Sequence record: MT446401.1
Direction: 5' to 3' (one strand)
Length of the DNA stretch: 52,344 nucleotides
From: Escherichia virus TH27
Positions 44,399-51,990 of the stretch are shown piece after piece. Numbering within the stretch: position 1 is the stretch's first letter; each line of letters begins with the position of its first letter. Position numbers and translations under genes: made by a program. A model generated the notes under the pieces. That model had not been told where the DNA came from and did not search any database. It saw only the letters and a program-made list of their open reading frames with translations.

Positions 44399-44881
44399 AT
44401 GAATTGGAGTGATGTATTTAATTATAAAGATGGAGTTCTTTATCATGCCGCAAATCCATGCAGAAGGCATGATGTAAATGCTGGTGACGTAGCGGGCAGG
44501 GTTGCTGCTAACGGCTATCACTACGTTGTGCACAAGAACAAGTTCTACAAGCGCTCCAGGGTAGTTTGGGAAATGTTTAATGGTGAAATACCTGATGGTT
44601 TTGTGATAGATCATGTAAATCATGACACTGAGTGTGATCTCATAGAGAATCTAGAGTGCAAACCAAGGCGTGATAACATGGTTAACGTTAAGTTAAGAAG
44701 TGATAGCAGTTCTGGGGTTTCAGGGGTTAGCATGAAGAAAAATGGAAAGTGGAGAGCGTACATAACAATAATGGGAAAACAAAGGTGTAAAGTTTTTGAT
44801 AAATTTGAAGATGCGTGTTCTCAGAGGATAGAGTGGTTGGTTTCCAATGGCTTTCATGAAAATCATGGTGGGGTTTTCTAA
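44399..44881 (+). CDS. HNH-AP2 homing endonuclease (160 aa)
   Basis: DHVNHD...N HNH motif and C-terminal AP2-like segment; RBS CAGGAGG; paralog of 33031 and 49326 genes. Confidence 0.75.
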   Translation: MNWSDVFNYKDGVLYHAANPCRRHDVNAGDVAGRVAANGYHYVVHKNKFYKRSRVVWEMFNGEIPDGFVIDHVNHDTECDLIENLECKPRRDNMVNVKLRSDSSSGVSGVSMKKNGKWRAYITIMGKQRCKVFDKFEDACSQRIEWLVSNGFHENHGGVF

Positions 44882-44883
44882 AA

Positions 44884-44927
44884 TAGCACGAATTGCCTAA
44901 CACTATAGCGTCGAAAGGCGCTATATT
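44884..44927 (+). promoter_or_regulatory. Palindromic box (TAGCACGAATTGCCTAA) plus -10-like TATATT in hairpin
   Basis: Box 44884..44900; inverted repeat ctatagcg/cgctatat. Confidence 0.45.
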
Positions 44928-44954
44928 CATATCTCACTTACAGAGGATTCAATC

Positions 44955-45128
44955 ATGGTTAAATTATTTTGCGTTAAGAACACATCTAAAACCCTTCCTT
45001 TCACTGTTAACAATCCGTACAGCGCCGAGTACCAGGGCGACGGGAACTACAAGATTTACGTCGACGATATGACGTGGATTTTTGCGCCTCTAGATGGCGC
45101 TTTGGTGGAATTTATTAAAGCAGACTAA
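44955..45128 (+). CDS. Small protein (57 aa)
   Basis: RBS AGAGGA; below ORF-track cutoff; followed by terminator. Confidence 0.5.
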   Translation: MVKLFCVKNTSKTLPFTVNNPYSAEYQGDGNYKIYVDDMTWIFAPLDGALVEFIKAD

Positions 45129-45153
45129 GTTATAAAAAACATGTAGTTGCAAA

Positions 45154-45180
45154 GAGGTGGCCTTTAAGGTCGCCTTTTTT
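45154..45180 (+). terminator. Rho-independent terminator
   Basis: aggtggcc-tttaa-ggtcgcct (two G-U) plus T6. Confidence 0.55.
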
Positions 45181-45203
45181 CGTTTATGTCAAAGGTTAAT
45201 ATC

Positions 45204-45212
45204 TGGTATTAT
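45204..45212 (+). promoter_or_regulatory. Extended -10 (TGGTATTAT) for lysis cassette
   Basis: TGnTATTAT about 30 nt upstream of holin start. Confidence 0.4.
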
Positions 45213-45242
45213 TTAAACAAATAAACTTGACGAGGCCGCAAA

Positions 45243-45458
45243 ATGAAACATTTCTATGACGCAGCCGCCTTATCCGGAAGCGGGGTAGCTATGGGTGGCG
45301 GTTTATCTGACAACACAATAATCGGAATTATCGGCTTAGTGGTAGCCGTGTGCTTTGGTATCTTTGGCGCATGGCTTCGCTGGCGTGATAGCCAGGCTCT
45401 ACATCGTGCGCTGGAGGCTGGCGATATTCGGGAAGCCATGAAAATCAGGAGTAAATAA
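45243..45458 (+). CDS. Holin / pinholin (71 aa)
   Basis: Small membrane protein immediately upstream of SAR-type endolysin; RBS GAGG. Confidence 0.65.
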   Translation: MKHFYDAAALSGSGVAMGGGLSDNTIIGIIGLVVAVCFGIFGAWLRWRDSQALHRALEAGDIREAMKIRSK

Positions 45459-45941
45459 ATGAGCATAAAGAATAAGGTTATTGGCTCCGCTGTTGCTGGG
45501 GCTTTGGCAATATCAGTTCCGTTTCTGAATGAATATGAGGGGGTTGAGTACAGGCCATACAAGGATGTTGCAGGGGTGTGGACGGTTTGCACTGGTATCA
45601 CTGGCTCAGATGTTGTTCTCGGTAAGGTTTACACTCAGCGAGAATGTGACGCCCTCCTTGTGAAGCATTTATCAATTCACCAAAAGGCCGTAGATTCTGC
45701 GCTAAAGGTGGATGTTCCCGTAAGTACCAGGGCAGCGCTATACTCTCTTAGCTTTAACATTGGCGCAAATGCAATGAGAAAATCAACTGTTATCAGGCGC
45801 ATGAATAGTGGCGACCTAAAGGGTGGGTGCAATGCATTCTCCATGTGGAATAAGATTACAGTTAACGGAAAGAAAGTGGTCAGCAAGGGCTTGGTTAACA
45901 GGCGCAACGGGGAGATTGAATTATGTTTAAAGGAATTGTGA
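45459..45941 (+). CDS. SAR-type endolysin, lysozyme (160 aa)
   Basis: N-terminal weakly hydrophobic signal-anchor VIGSAVAGALAISVPF then E...D...T catalytic region (EGVEYRPYKDVAGVWTVCTG). Confidence 0.8.
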   Translation: MSIKNKVIGSAVAGALAISVPFLNEYEGVEYRPYKDVAGVWTVCTGITGSDVVLGKVYTQRECDALLVKHLSIHQKAVDSALKVDVPVSTRAALYSLSFNIGANAMRKSTVIRRMNSGDLKGGCNAFSMWNKITVNGKKVVSKGLVNRRNGEIELCLKEL

Positions 45942-46309
45942 TTGCAGCGGTGATTATGCTTTCTGGTTGCTCTGCTACACCGGCTCTGACTGGTTTAATT
46001 GGCAGTAAGCCAGAAATTAGCGCGCAGGCTGGGGCCGAGAACGTGAAGCAAACGGTAGGCGTTACCGGAAAGGTGGATAAGTCAAACGACAACGACACCA
46101 CTATAAAAGATTCAAAGGTAGGAAAGGTTGATACGTCAAACGGGAAGTCTGTCAGCACCTCAAGCATCAAGGCCGACACCATCATCGCTGATAAGATTGA
46201 GATCAGGAACGATGACTCGAAAGGTAATCTGATTGCCGGACTGGTATTCCTGTTCATCGGCATTGTGATGATTGCTCTTTCAATCTGGCTGGAACGACGC
46301 AAAAAATAA
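45923..46309 (+). CDS. Unimolecular spanin: lipoprotein with C-terminal TM helix (128 aa)
   Basis: Lipobox LSGC after signal peptide; C-terminal TM LIAGLVFLFIGIVMIALSIWL; overlaps endolysin 3' end. Confidence 0.75.
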   Translation: MFKGIVIAAVIMLSGCSATPALTGLIGSKPEISAQAGAENVKQTVGVTGKVDKSNDNDTTIKDSKVGKVDTSNGKSVSTSSIKADTIIADKIEIRNDDSKGNLIAGLVFLFIGIVMIALSIWLERRKK

Positions 46310-46311
46310 AA

Positions 46312-46337
46312 GGAGCCGAAAGGCTCCCTTTTTTTAT
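46312..46337. terminator. Bidirectional terminator between convergent blocks
   Basis: ggagcc-gaaa-ggctcc flanked by T-runs on both strands. Confidence 0.75.
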
Positions 46338-46528
46338 CCAAATCTTTGCACCAGCAGCAATAATTCACCTTCATTATTGCATAGAGTATGCTCATCACGT
46401 CGTCCGGCGCGCATGGATGAGTTAAGCATTGAAAGAAGGGCTTGGTTAAGCCCGTCCTCGCTAATCCCATTCTCAGAACTGCATCTGATTATCGCGTCGA
46501 TTACAACCTGGCTTTCCGAATAACTCAT
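46334..46528 (-). CDS. Possible small protein (64 aa)
   Basis: ORF ending at terminator; 5' end overlaps upstream gene by 56 nt; weak RBS. Confidence 0.3.
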   Translation of the reverse strand: MSYSESQVVIDAIIRCSSENGISEDGLNQALLSMLNSSMRAGRRDEHTLCNNEGELLLLVQRFG

Positions 46529-46847
46529 TATCGCTCATCTTCTCTATGTTCATCATCTCCCATGTATAGCGATCATTCTCACCGCCATAGCACCTGAAAT
46601 GAAATTCAAACGGCCTTTTTTGCGCCCCTTTGGACCAGTACCAGTTGTTTACGCCGTCAATGTATCCTTCGCCCATGCATCTTGCGATGAACTCCTTTGA
46701 GGCTGATGACGCGAAATAGCGAGGAGTAACGCCTGCGGCCTTAGCCAGTCGCTCACACTCCCTGTGCTTGTATATGAATACCGCCAGGTGCTGACGGTTG
46801 AATTTTTCATAGCCTTCGCAAAAACGGTACAGGTCCAGAAGAAACAT
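46473..46847 (-). CDS. Hypothetical protein (124 aa)
   Basis: ORF immediately downstream of the 527-aa gene on - strand. Confidence 0.6.
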   Translation of the reverse strand: MFLLDLYRFCEGYEKFNRQHLAVFIYKHRECERLAKAAGVTPRYFASSASKEFIARCMGEGYIDGVNNWYWSKGAQKRPFEFHFRCYGGENDRYTWEMMNIEKMSDNELFGKPGCNRRDNQMQF

Positions 46848-46850
46848 TAT

Positions 46851-48434
46851 TTACCCCAGCAATCTCGGATTAATGTAAATTTTATCACCAATCAGGCACG
46901 TATAGTTTTTCTCATCCAGCATAGGGATCAGGTGATCTTTGATGCGAGTCATTACACCAGCCTGGCCCTCGAATGGCTTAACCTTACGCGCCGCTTCATA
47001 TAGGGATCGGACACCTACAACGCCTTTCCCGTTCTTTCCTTGCTTTATCAGAATGTCAATCAGCTTGTTCATCTCCGCATGGTCGCCAGCGTGACCAGCA
47101 GCGTTGGCAGATGACAGATAAGTTTTACTGAGTTCCTGGAACATGATTACAGCTTCCTGCATTGTGTCAAGCTCAATCTCCCTGGACTTCTGCGGGCTTC
47201 CGCCATTTGGATTAAACCAGTTACGCACAGTGTGAAGAACTGCCGCGATCCTGATGGCCTGCTTATCGAACTTACCAAGCGCGCCGCGCAGCATTGTGTG
47301 TGAATACTTCCCGCCGTCCGCAAGGTGAGGCTCCATATCCTGACGCGCACGGTTGAGATATTTCATCGCCGACGTGCTAACTGTCAGATTCACTTCGTGC
47401 TCGCTCATGATTTCATGGACCAGCCGGAAGTAGTCCGCCTTGAGTCCGCCATCAATCGGCTCGTATGTTGATTCGCCTTTTTCGTCAACGAATACACGCT
47501 CGCCAAGGAATGACTTCTCACGCACAAGCAAGAAACGTTCTGACACACCGATACCACGCGCACCAGCATTCATGATCGCGTTGATTGTTTCATCCTGTGC
47601 AATTACAGAGATGCAACCCATCGCAATAAAGCTCATGTTATTGTCTGCGTTCGCACGCGCGATAGATACGTTACCAGCATCCCATGCTTTCAGCACAAGC
47701 TCGCTGTTCGTTTTCTTTGAGCCGTCACCATAGGTCATGCCTAAAAGTGAGTTCACGCTCGTTGCTTCATCCGAGATCACAGAGAAATTACCCTGGCGGT
47801 TGTTGATTCTCGCAAGACCTTCCGGCGTGGTGTCGGATACGGGGAATACGATGTCACAAAGGCGTTCCAGTTTTTCTTCCAGCTCTTCTTTTTCCTCAAA
47901 CAGCGCCGCCATGTCAGATGGTGATTTCTCCTGCTTCATCTCCTTGGATAGAGCGGAAAGCTTAGCCATAATCTTCTTGCGGTCGCGCTTTCTGATCTCG
48001 TTGAGTCGTTCAGTCTCTGCGATCATCGGGGCCAGCGAAAGTGAGTTAATGGCTGATTTACCCGTCGATGGCGGCTGACTGGTTACGACGTAGAGAGCGG
48101 TCGGCTGTTGTGTTCCGTGATACTCAACAGTAAAGCGGCCAAGCATGGCGGCTGATATGCATCCAAGGAAGTGCATATATGCGGACGACTCAGGGAACTG
48201 TACCGAACGAGCAGCATTGCTTGACAGCTTACCAACGACATCATAATCATTGCCAAGTGAGATAACCGGATACTTGTCACCGCCTGAGTCGATTTCTGTT
48301 GGAGCTTTCCAGAACGACTGGCTTTGCCTGTACCCGTTGGCGTTGATGGCAACGCGCAGAGGAGGCAGGTTGTCGGCAGCAGCTACAGCCATCACCTGAT
48401 CGATAGACAATTTATCTTCGTTAAAATCAAACAT
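46851..48434 (-). CDS. P-loop protein with C-terminal winged-helix-like domain (527 aa), possible replication/primase-associated protein; full-length paralog of 1046..1579
   Basis: Start 48434 chosen (RBS AAGGAG; MFDFN matches paralog start); Walker A-like PPSTGKS; function uncertain. Confidence 0.75.
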   Translation of the reverse strand: MFDFNEDKLSIDQVMAVAAADNLPPLRVAINANGYRQSQSFWKAPTEIDSGGDKYPVISLGNDYDVVGKLSSNAARSVQFPESSAYMHFLGCISAAMLGRFTVEYHGTQQPTALYVVTSQPPSTGKSAINSLSLAPMIAETERLNEIRKRDRKKIMAKLSALSKEMKQEKSPSDMAALFEEKEELEEKLERLCDIVFPVSDTTPEGLARINNRQGNFSVISDEATSVNSLLGMTYGDGSKKTNSELVLKAWDAGNVSIARANADNNMSFIAMGCISVIAQDETINAIMNAGARGIGVSERFLLVREKSFLGERVFVDEKGESTYEPIDGGLKADYFRLVHEIMSEHEVNLTVSTSAMKYLNRARQDMEPHLADGGKYSHTMLRGALGKFDKQAIRIAAVLHTVRNWFNPNGGSPQKSREIELDTMQEAVIMFQELSKTYLSSANAAGHAGDHAEMNKLIDILIKQGKNGKGVVGVRSLYEAARKVKPFEGQAGVMTRIKDHLIPMLDEKNYTCLIGDKIYINPRLLG

Positions 48435-48487
48435 TAAAAAACTCCTTAGTTGGTGCGCTAATGTTAACGCACCTATGGTAAAACCGC

Positions 48488-48503
48488 TTGCCAAAAAATG
48501 CTA
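48488..48503 (-). promoter_or_regulatory. Variant palindromic box (TAGCATTTTTTGGCAA) after stop of upstream gene
   Basis: Read on - strand directly after stop at 48505; followed by hairpin ggtgcg/cgcacc. Confidence 0.35.
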
Positions 48504-48504
48504 C

Positions 48505-48858
48505 TTATTTGTATTGCGATTCCCAGCGGTATGTTCCGCAAAGTGATACGAAACCAACATCTTCATCACGGTAAAGCTGCCATGCATGACCTTCATTGTC
48601 GAAGATGTAACCAGCATTACTGCCCAGACCAGCGTGCATATCCACTAAATATCGCTTACCTTCAGTGAAATCCTTTTTAACGGAGGACTTATGATTGACC
48701 TTTGTCACGTAAAGGGTTTTAGTCTTAATGTAGCGACCTTTGATGTCCAGGTTAACCCACTTACCATTGACTTTAATTTGCTCTACCTCATCTTTAATGC
48801 GGGCTTTAAAAAGTTTATTATCTGAACTTACAAAATTCTTGCTTATCGTGGTAGCCAT
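48505..48858 (-). CDS. Hypothetical protein (117 aa)
   Basis: RBS AAGGGAAAATAA; downstream of box/-10 module. Confidence 0.7.
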   Translation of the reverse strand: MATTISKNFVSSDNKLFKARIKDEVEQIKVNGKWVNLDIKGRYIKTKTLYVTKVNHKSSVKKDFTEGKRYLVDMHAGLGSNAGYIFDNEGHAWQLYRDEDVGFVSLCGTYRWESQYK

Positions 48859-48896
48859 GATTATTTTCCCTTAGTGTGTTTCGTTTTGATGAGATG

Positions 48897-48939
48897 AATA
48901 TACAGGAAAAGCCCCGAAGGGCTTTAGCAATTAGTGCTA
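48897..48939 (-). promoter_or_regulatory. Palindromic box plus -10-like TATATT (- strand) with CATCAAAACGAA leader
   Basis: Box 48923..48939 supplies stop TAG of the 50-aa gene; 20-nt gap; hexamer complement 48897..48902. Confidence 0.5.
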
Positions 48940-49089
48940 TTTCTTTGCTGCTTTTGCAATTGCCTTTTGCGTGATGTTGAAGCTCTCGATCAAATCTTCC
49001 TTGAAATAATCGCCAACGGGCCAACCCTTACCGCTGTACTTAGCTATGGTATCAAGATCGTAGTAGTTCAAATCGGATGGCTTGAGCAT
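48937..49089 (-). CDS. Small protein (50 aa)
   Basis: ATG right after upstream TAA; RBS AGGTGA; stop TAG is first triplet of the box; below ORF-track cutoff. Confidence 0.5.
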   Translation of the reverse strand: MLKPSDLNYYDLDTIAKYSGKGWPVGDYFKEDLIESFNITQKAIAKAAKK

Positions 49090-49329
49090 TTATTTCACCT
49101 CGTCAAACGTTGCGATTCCAGGGATAAACATTCCGACCTTCCAGCCTGCGATAGCAATCCAGCCAGAATCGTGCTTGTGCGGTCGCTCAGCGCCATTAAT
49201 CACCCACTCGTTCGGGATTGTCTTACCGTTAATGATTAGCGGATCAGCGTCGTATACAGAGCCTTTTACGAATGGCGTTAAGACCTTCTTGTCGGTGCTG
49301 CTGATGCAATTTGTGCATATCACTTTCAT
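49090..49329 (-). CDS. Hypothetical protein (79 aa)
   Basis: ATGA coupling with upstream HNH gene. Confidence 0.65.
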   Translation of the reverse strand: MKVICTNCISSTDKKVLTPFVKGSVYDADPLIINGKTIPNEWVINGAERPHKHDSGWIAIAGWKVGMFIPGIATFDEVK

Positions 49330-49844
49330 AATTTACCGCCATGATTTTCGTTAAAGTTAAATATTTTATTTGCCTCATTCCTTGCGGCAACCGCATCATC
49401 AATGTTCTTAAATGTTCCAAGTTTGCGATTTACTCCATTACTAACAACTTGAGCAACAAAAACCTCATCTCTTTTACACCAATGTATTCCAGTGTGCCCG
49501 CTTTTATTGTCACTCCTGATTTTCTGGTTTTTTGCGTTACCTGATTTATCTGTCATTGATAGATTCTCTATCCTGTTATCATCCCTGATCTTGTTATTAT
49601 GGTCTATAACCTTGGTAACATCCGGTTGTCCTTTGAATATAAACCATACAATCCTATGAGCCGTGAATCTCTCGCCCTTGAATCCCACAAGCCTATATCC
49701 AGTGGCTTTACTTATGCAGCCACACTCCCTTCCTGTTCTATCTATTTGCTTTCTTGATGGTGGTGTTTTCTTCCAATAAAGCCTGCCGTCAATGTATTCA
49801 ATATAATCAACTATATCCTCCGGTATCTGCTTTGCTACTTTCAT
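49326..49844 (-). CDS. HNH-AP2 homing endonuclease (172 aa)
   Basis: YIDGRLYW..., HRIVW, IDHNNKIRDDNRIENL motifs; AT-rich; paralog of 33031 and 44399 genes. Confidence 0.75.
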   Translation of the reverse strand: MKVAKQIPEDIVDYIEYIDGRLYWKKTPPSRKQIDRTGRECGCISKATGYRLVGFKGERFTAHRIVWFIFKGQPDVTKVIDHNNKIRDDNRIENLSMTDKSGNAKNQKIRSDNKSGHTGIHWCKRDEVFVAQVVSNGVNRKLGTFKNIDDAVAARNEANKIFNFNENHGGKL

Positions 49845-49853
49845 GGTCTCGCC

Positions 49854-50069
49854 TTAGAACGGTATTCCGTCGTCAAATTTTAAGCGGTAGTCGAAGTCAT
49901 CCCCGATTCCGTCTACTGACTGGTTGCTTTCGCTTTCAAGATCCATATCCATAACGCCCAATGCGTCATCGAGTTCAATGCATCCGTAAGCAACCTTGAG
50001 CGCCCACTCTTCATTGAGTCCGGCTTTAAGTGCCGCGCGGTGGCGGCTCCAGAAATTATCTTGATGCAC
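49854..50069 (-). CDS. Small acidic protein (71 aa) ending in SSB-like tail FDDGIPF
   Basis: GTG start 3 nt after upstream stop with GGAG upstream; C-terminal DFDYRLKFDDGIPF-stop. Confidence 0.6.
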   Translation of the reverse strand: MHQDNFWSRHRAALKAGLNEEWALKVAYGCIELDDALGVMDMDLESESNQSVDGIGDDFDYRLKFDDGIPF

Positions 50070-50072
50070 TGT

Positions 50073-50297
50073 TTAGCTCCAGGAATTGATGTAAAGTGAG
50101 TTATCGTTTAACAGGTTAACCATCTCTGCGCTGGTGAGGCTACGGATGATTGCGCCCGGATGCGTGCCAACAACGTAGCGATCGAACTCACGGCGCGTGA
50201 TGGTGATTTGGCTAACGCCTGCGGAGCGGTCCAGTTTGATGATTGCACGGCCTTTGGCTTCGATGTGAGCGACTACGTTCTGAACTTTAACTGACAT
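50073..50297 (-). CDS. Hypothetical protein (74 aa)
   Basis: RBS AAGAGGAAG; preceded by about 185-nt leader with two direct repeats. Confidence 0.7.
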   Translation of the reverse strand: MSVKVQNVVAHIEAKGRAIIKLDRSAGVSQITITRREFDRYVVGTHPGAIIRSLTSAEMVNLLNDNSLYINSWS

Positions 50298-50328
50298 TTT
50301 TACTTCCTCTTAGGTTTTGATGTGGTTT

Positions 50329-50424
50329 TCGTTGCTCCGGCCTACGTTTGCAACTTCCTGCCTTGTGGGTTTGCCACATCGTTTTGAAACGTCTTTCGTT
50401 GCTCCGGCCTACGTTTGCAACTTC
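50329..50424 (-). repeat. Two copies of a 29-bp direct repeat (50329..50357 and 50396..50424) in the leader of gene 50073..50297
   Basis: tcgttgctccggcctacgtttgcaacttc occurs twice, 67 bp apart; each copy has gttgc/gcaac inverted repeat and TTGCAA. Confidence 0.8.
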
Positions 50425-50458
50425 TCACCCTTCGTGAGTGTTTCGTTTCGATGAAATG

Positions 50459-50501
50459 ATTATGCCTCAATCCGTGAGGCTTCGTTTAGCAATTCGTGCT
50501 A
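50459..50501 (-). promoter_or_regulatory. Palindromic box plus -10-like CATAAT (- strand) with CATCGAAACGAA leader
   Basis: Box 50485..50501 directly after stop of 50503..50934; hexamer complement 50459..50464; leader 50442..50453. Confidence 0.5.
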
Positions 50502-50502
50502 T

Positions 50503-50934
50503 TTACCGATTTTTCGGTGGGCGGCGAACATAAGCGTAAAACGGCGTCGGACCGATTGGCGGCTGATAACCAGTCAGGAGGCGATTACTTGCTTCCGTGG
50601 CGCGCGAAACTGCTACGTTCTGTTGAACGGCTGCCACCTGGCCTCGGCGGAACAACCGACTTTTGCTCATTCGTTGGTTAGTGCCACATAACTCCATATA
50701 CTGATAATCCCACGGATCGAGCGCAACTCTCTTATCCATGAACACCTTGCGGCTACTGGAAACGAACACCTTACTATCCTTTAGTCGTGCAGCGCGGCGG
50801 AACATCTTATACGTCGCCTCATGCATTTGAACCTTAAAGCGCCAGGCTCCGTAAGCCCAAATATACATCCGGAATGATGTCGTGACGAAGCGGGTAGTGC
50901 CGTCAGTGTGCTTGTAAATTACGCCGTGTTTCAT
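50503..50934 (-). CDS. Hypothetical basic protein (143 aa)
   Basis: ORF ending at palindromic box. Confidence 0.7.
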   Translation of the reverse strand: MKHGVIYKHTDGTTRFVTTSFRMYIWAYGAWRFKVQMHEATYKMFRRAARLKDSKVFVSSSRKVFMDKRVALDPWDYQYMELCGTNQRMSKSRLFRRGQVAAVQQNVAVSRATEASNRLLTGYQPPIGPTPFYAYVRRPPKNR

Positions 50935-50944
50935 TTGCCTTCCC

Positions 50945-51154
50945 TCAGATTAGTGAAATTTCGACGGTGATTTTCGCCTGACCAATTACCCGCGCACCGC
51001 CAGACAACAACGCGCATTCAATGATGTGCCCATCCATCGCGGTTGTTTGTGATGGCAGACCATCCACCATGCGGAAGATTTCGGACCGTGAGTTGTCGCA
51101 ACTGATCAGATACTCGTTGCCGCTCCCGATAAATTGCACAATGTCAAACATCAT
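50945..51154 (-). CDS. Hypothetical protein (70 aa)
   Basis: Start moved to ATG at 51154, which overlaps upstream stop (ATGA). Confidence 0.55.
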   Translation of the reverse strand: MMFDIVQFIGSGNEYLISCDNSRSEIFRMVDGLPSQTTAMDGHIIECALLSGGARVIGQAKITVEISLI

Positions 51155-51336
51155 TTCTGTAGCTCCGTTTCGTAGTATTCGTAGGTATTGAACCGATCTG
51201 TTGCGTTCATCTTCTCGCAAACCTGCTCAGCCATTTGCTCACTGAGGCACACGCAGTGAAAATGAGAATCATATTCCGGCCCGCGTGGCTCAGCCATCAC
51301 GACGTAGCAATACATTTTAACAGTGGTCATGATCAT
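51151..51336 (-). CDS. Hypothetical protein (61 aa)
   Basis: ORF coupled to neighbours on - strand. Confidence 0.5.
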   Translation of the reverse strand: MIMTTVKMYCYVVMAEPRGPEYDSHFHCVCLSEQMAEQVCEKMNATDRFNTYEYYETELQK

Positions 51337-51614
51337 TTCTTCCCGTCGAATGTTAAATAGTTAGCCTGTAAAGTAATGCCGTAGTCATGAGCGATGGTCG
51401 TGTGCGGACGGACGATGATAATCACCTTATCCGTTTTCTTGTCACGCAGAACAGAGTCGCCATTCTCAAAGATGCAGACAGTTCTATCAGTAATGCCTTT
51501 AGTCACTTCAATGCATCCGTAGAATCGCTGCACTGCACGGATTACCGCGTCGTTCTGTTTAGCCTGAACCTCAACCTGCATACGGTAGGCCATTTGCTGA
51601 ATATCGTGTTTCAT
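51333..51614 (-). CDS. Hypothetical protein (93 aa)
   Basis: ORF coupled to neighbours. Confidence 0.6.
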   Translation of the reverse strand: MKHDIQQMAYRMQVEVQAKQNDAVIRAVQRFYGCIEVTKGITDRTVCIFENGDSVLRDKKTDKVIIIVRPHTTIAHDYGITLQANYLTFDGKK

Positions 51615-51796
51615 GCTTTTGCTCTCTTAGTTGTCATCCAATCGTGTAGCGCCTGAACGTCATCGGCGAATACACTCGCCTGCTTATCACTTGCGCCGCG
51701 CTTCTTCGCGTATTCAACCGCCTTGACGCGATCTCCATTGTACAGGGCAATGCAATCCTCAATGCTCAGGGAACTGGTGTCTTCAAACTTAATCAT
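51611..51796 (-). CDS. Hypothetical protein (61 aa)
   Basis: Start moved to ATG at 51796 with RBS AAGGAG; first gene of right-end leftward operon. Confidence 0.55.
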   Translation of the reverse strand: MIKFEDTSSLSIEDCIALYNGDRVKAVEYAKKRGASDKQASVFADDVQALHDWMTTKRAKA

Positions 51797-51807
51797 CTTC
51801 TTTCTCC

Positions 51808-51869
51808 TTCGTTTCGATGTGATGAATGATATCCAATTCAATCTGATCGGTCATTAGCAAAAAGTGCTA
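51808..51869 (-). promoter_or_regulatory. Palindromic box plus -10-like element (- strand) with CATCGAAACGAA leader
   Basis: Box 51853..51869; leader complement 51808..51819. Confidence 0.45.
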
Positions 51870-51897
51870 TTCGTTCGATTTATGGATTGTTGCAGCT

Positions 51898-51990
51898 ATT
51901 GCAATGATTCACTTCACTATTGCACATATAGCAATATTGCATCGTTTGCAATGATGTTTTCAATTGTTGCGAATTGAGCAATGATTCATT
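51898..51990. repeat. Cluster of TTGCAATGAT-like direct repeats spanning the start of the terminal repeat
   Basis: ttgcaatgattc, ttgcacatatagcaatattgcat, ttgcaatgatg, gagcaatgattc within about 90 bp; non-coding. Confidence 0.6.

Noticed and set aside
48818-49024. 68-aa - strand ORF
   Set aside because: Overlaps the box/-10 module and the start of gene 48505..48858; the 50-aa ORF 48937..49089, with an RBS and box-encoded stop, explains the region better.
50496-50681. 61-aa + strand ORF
   Set aside because: Overlaps the palindromic box and the - strand gene 50503..50934; no + strand expression signals.
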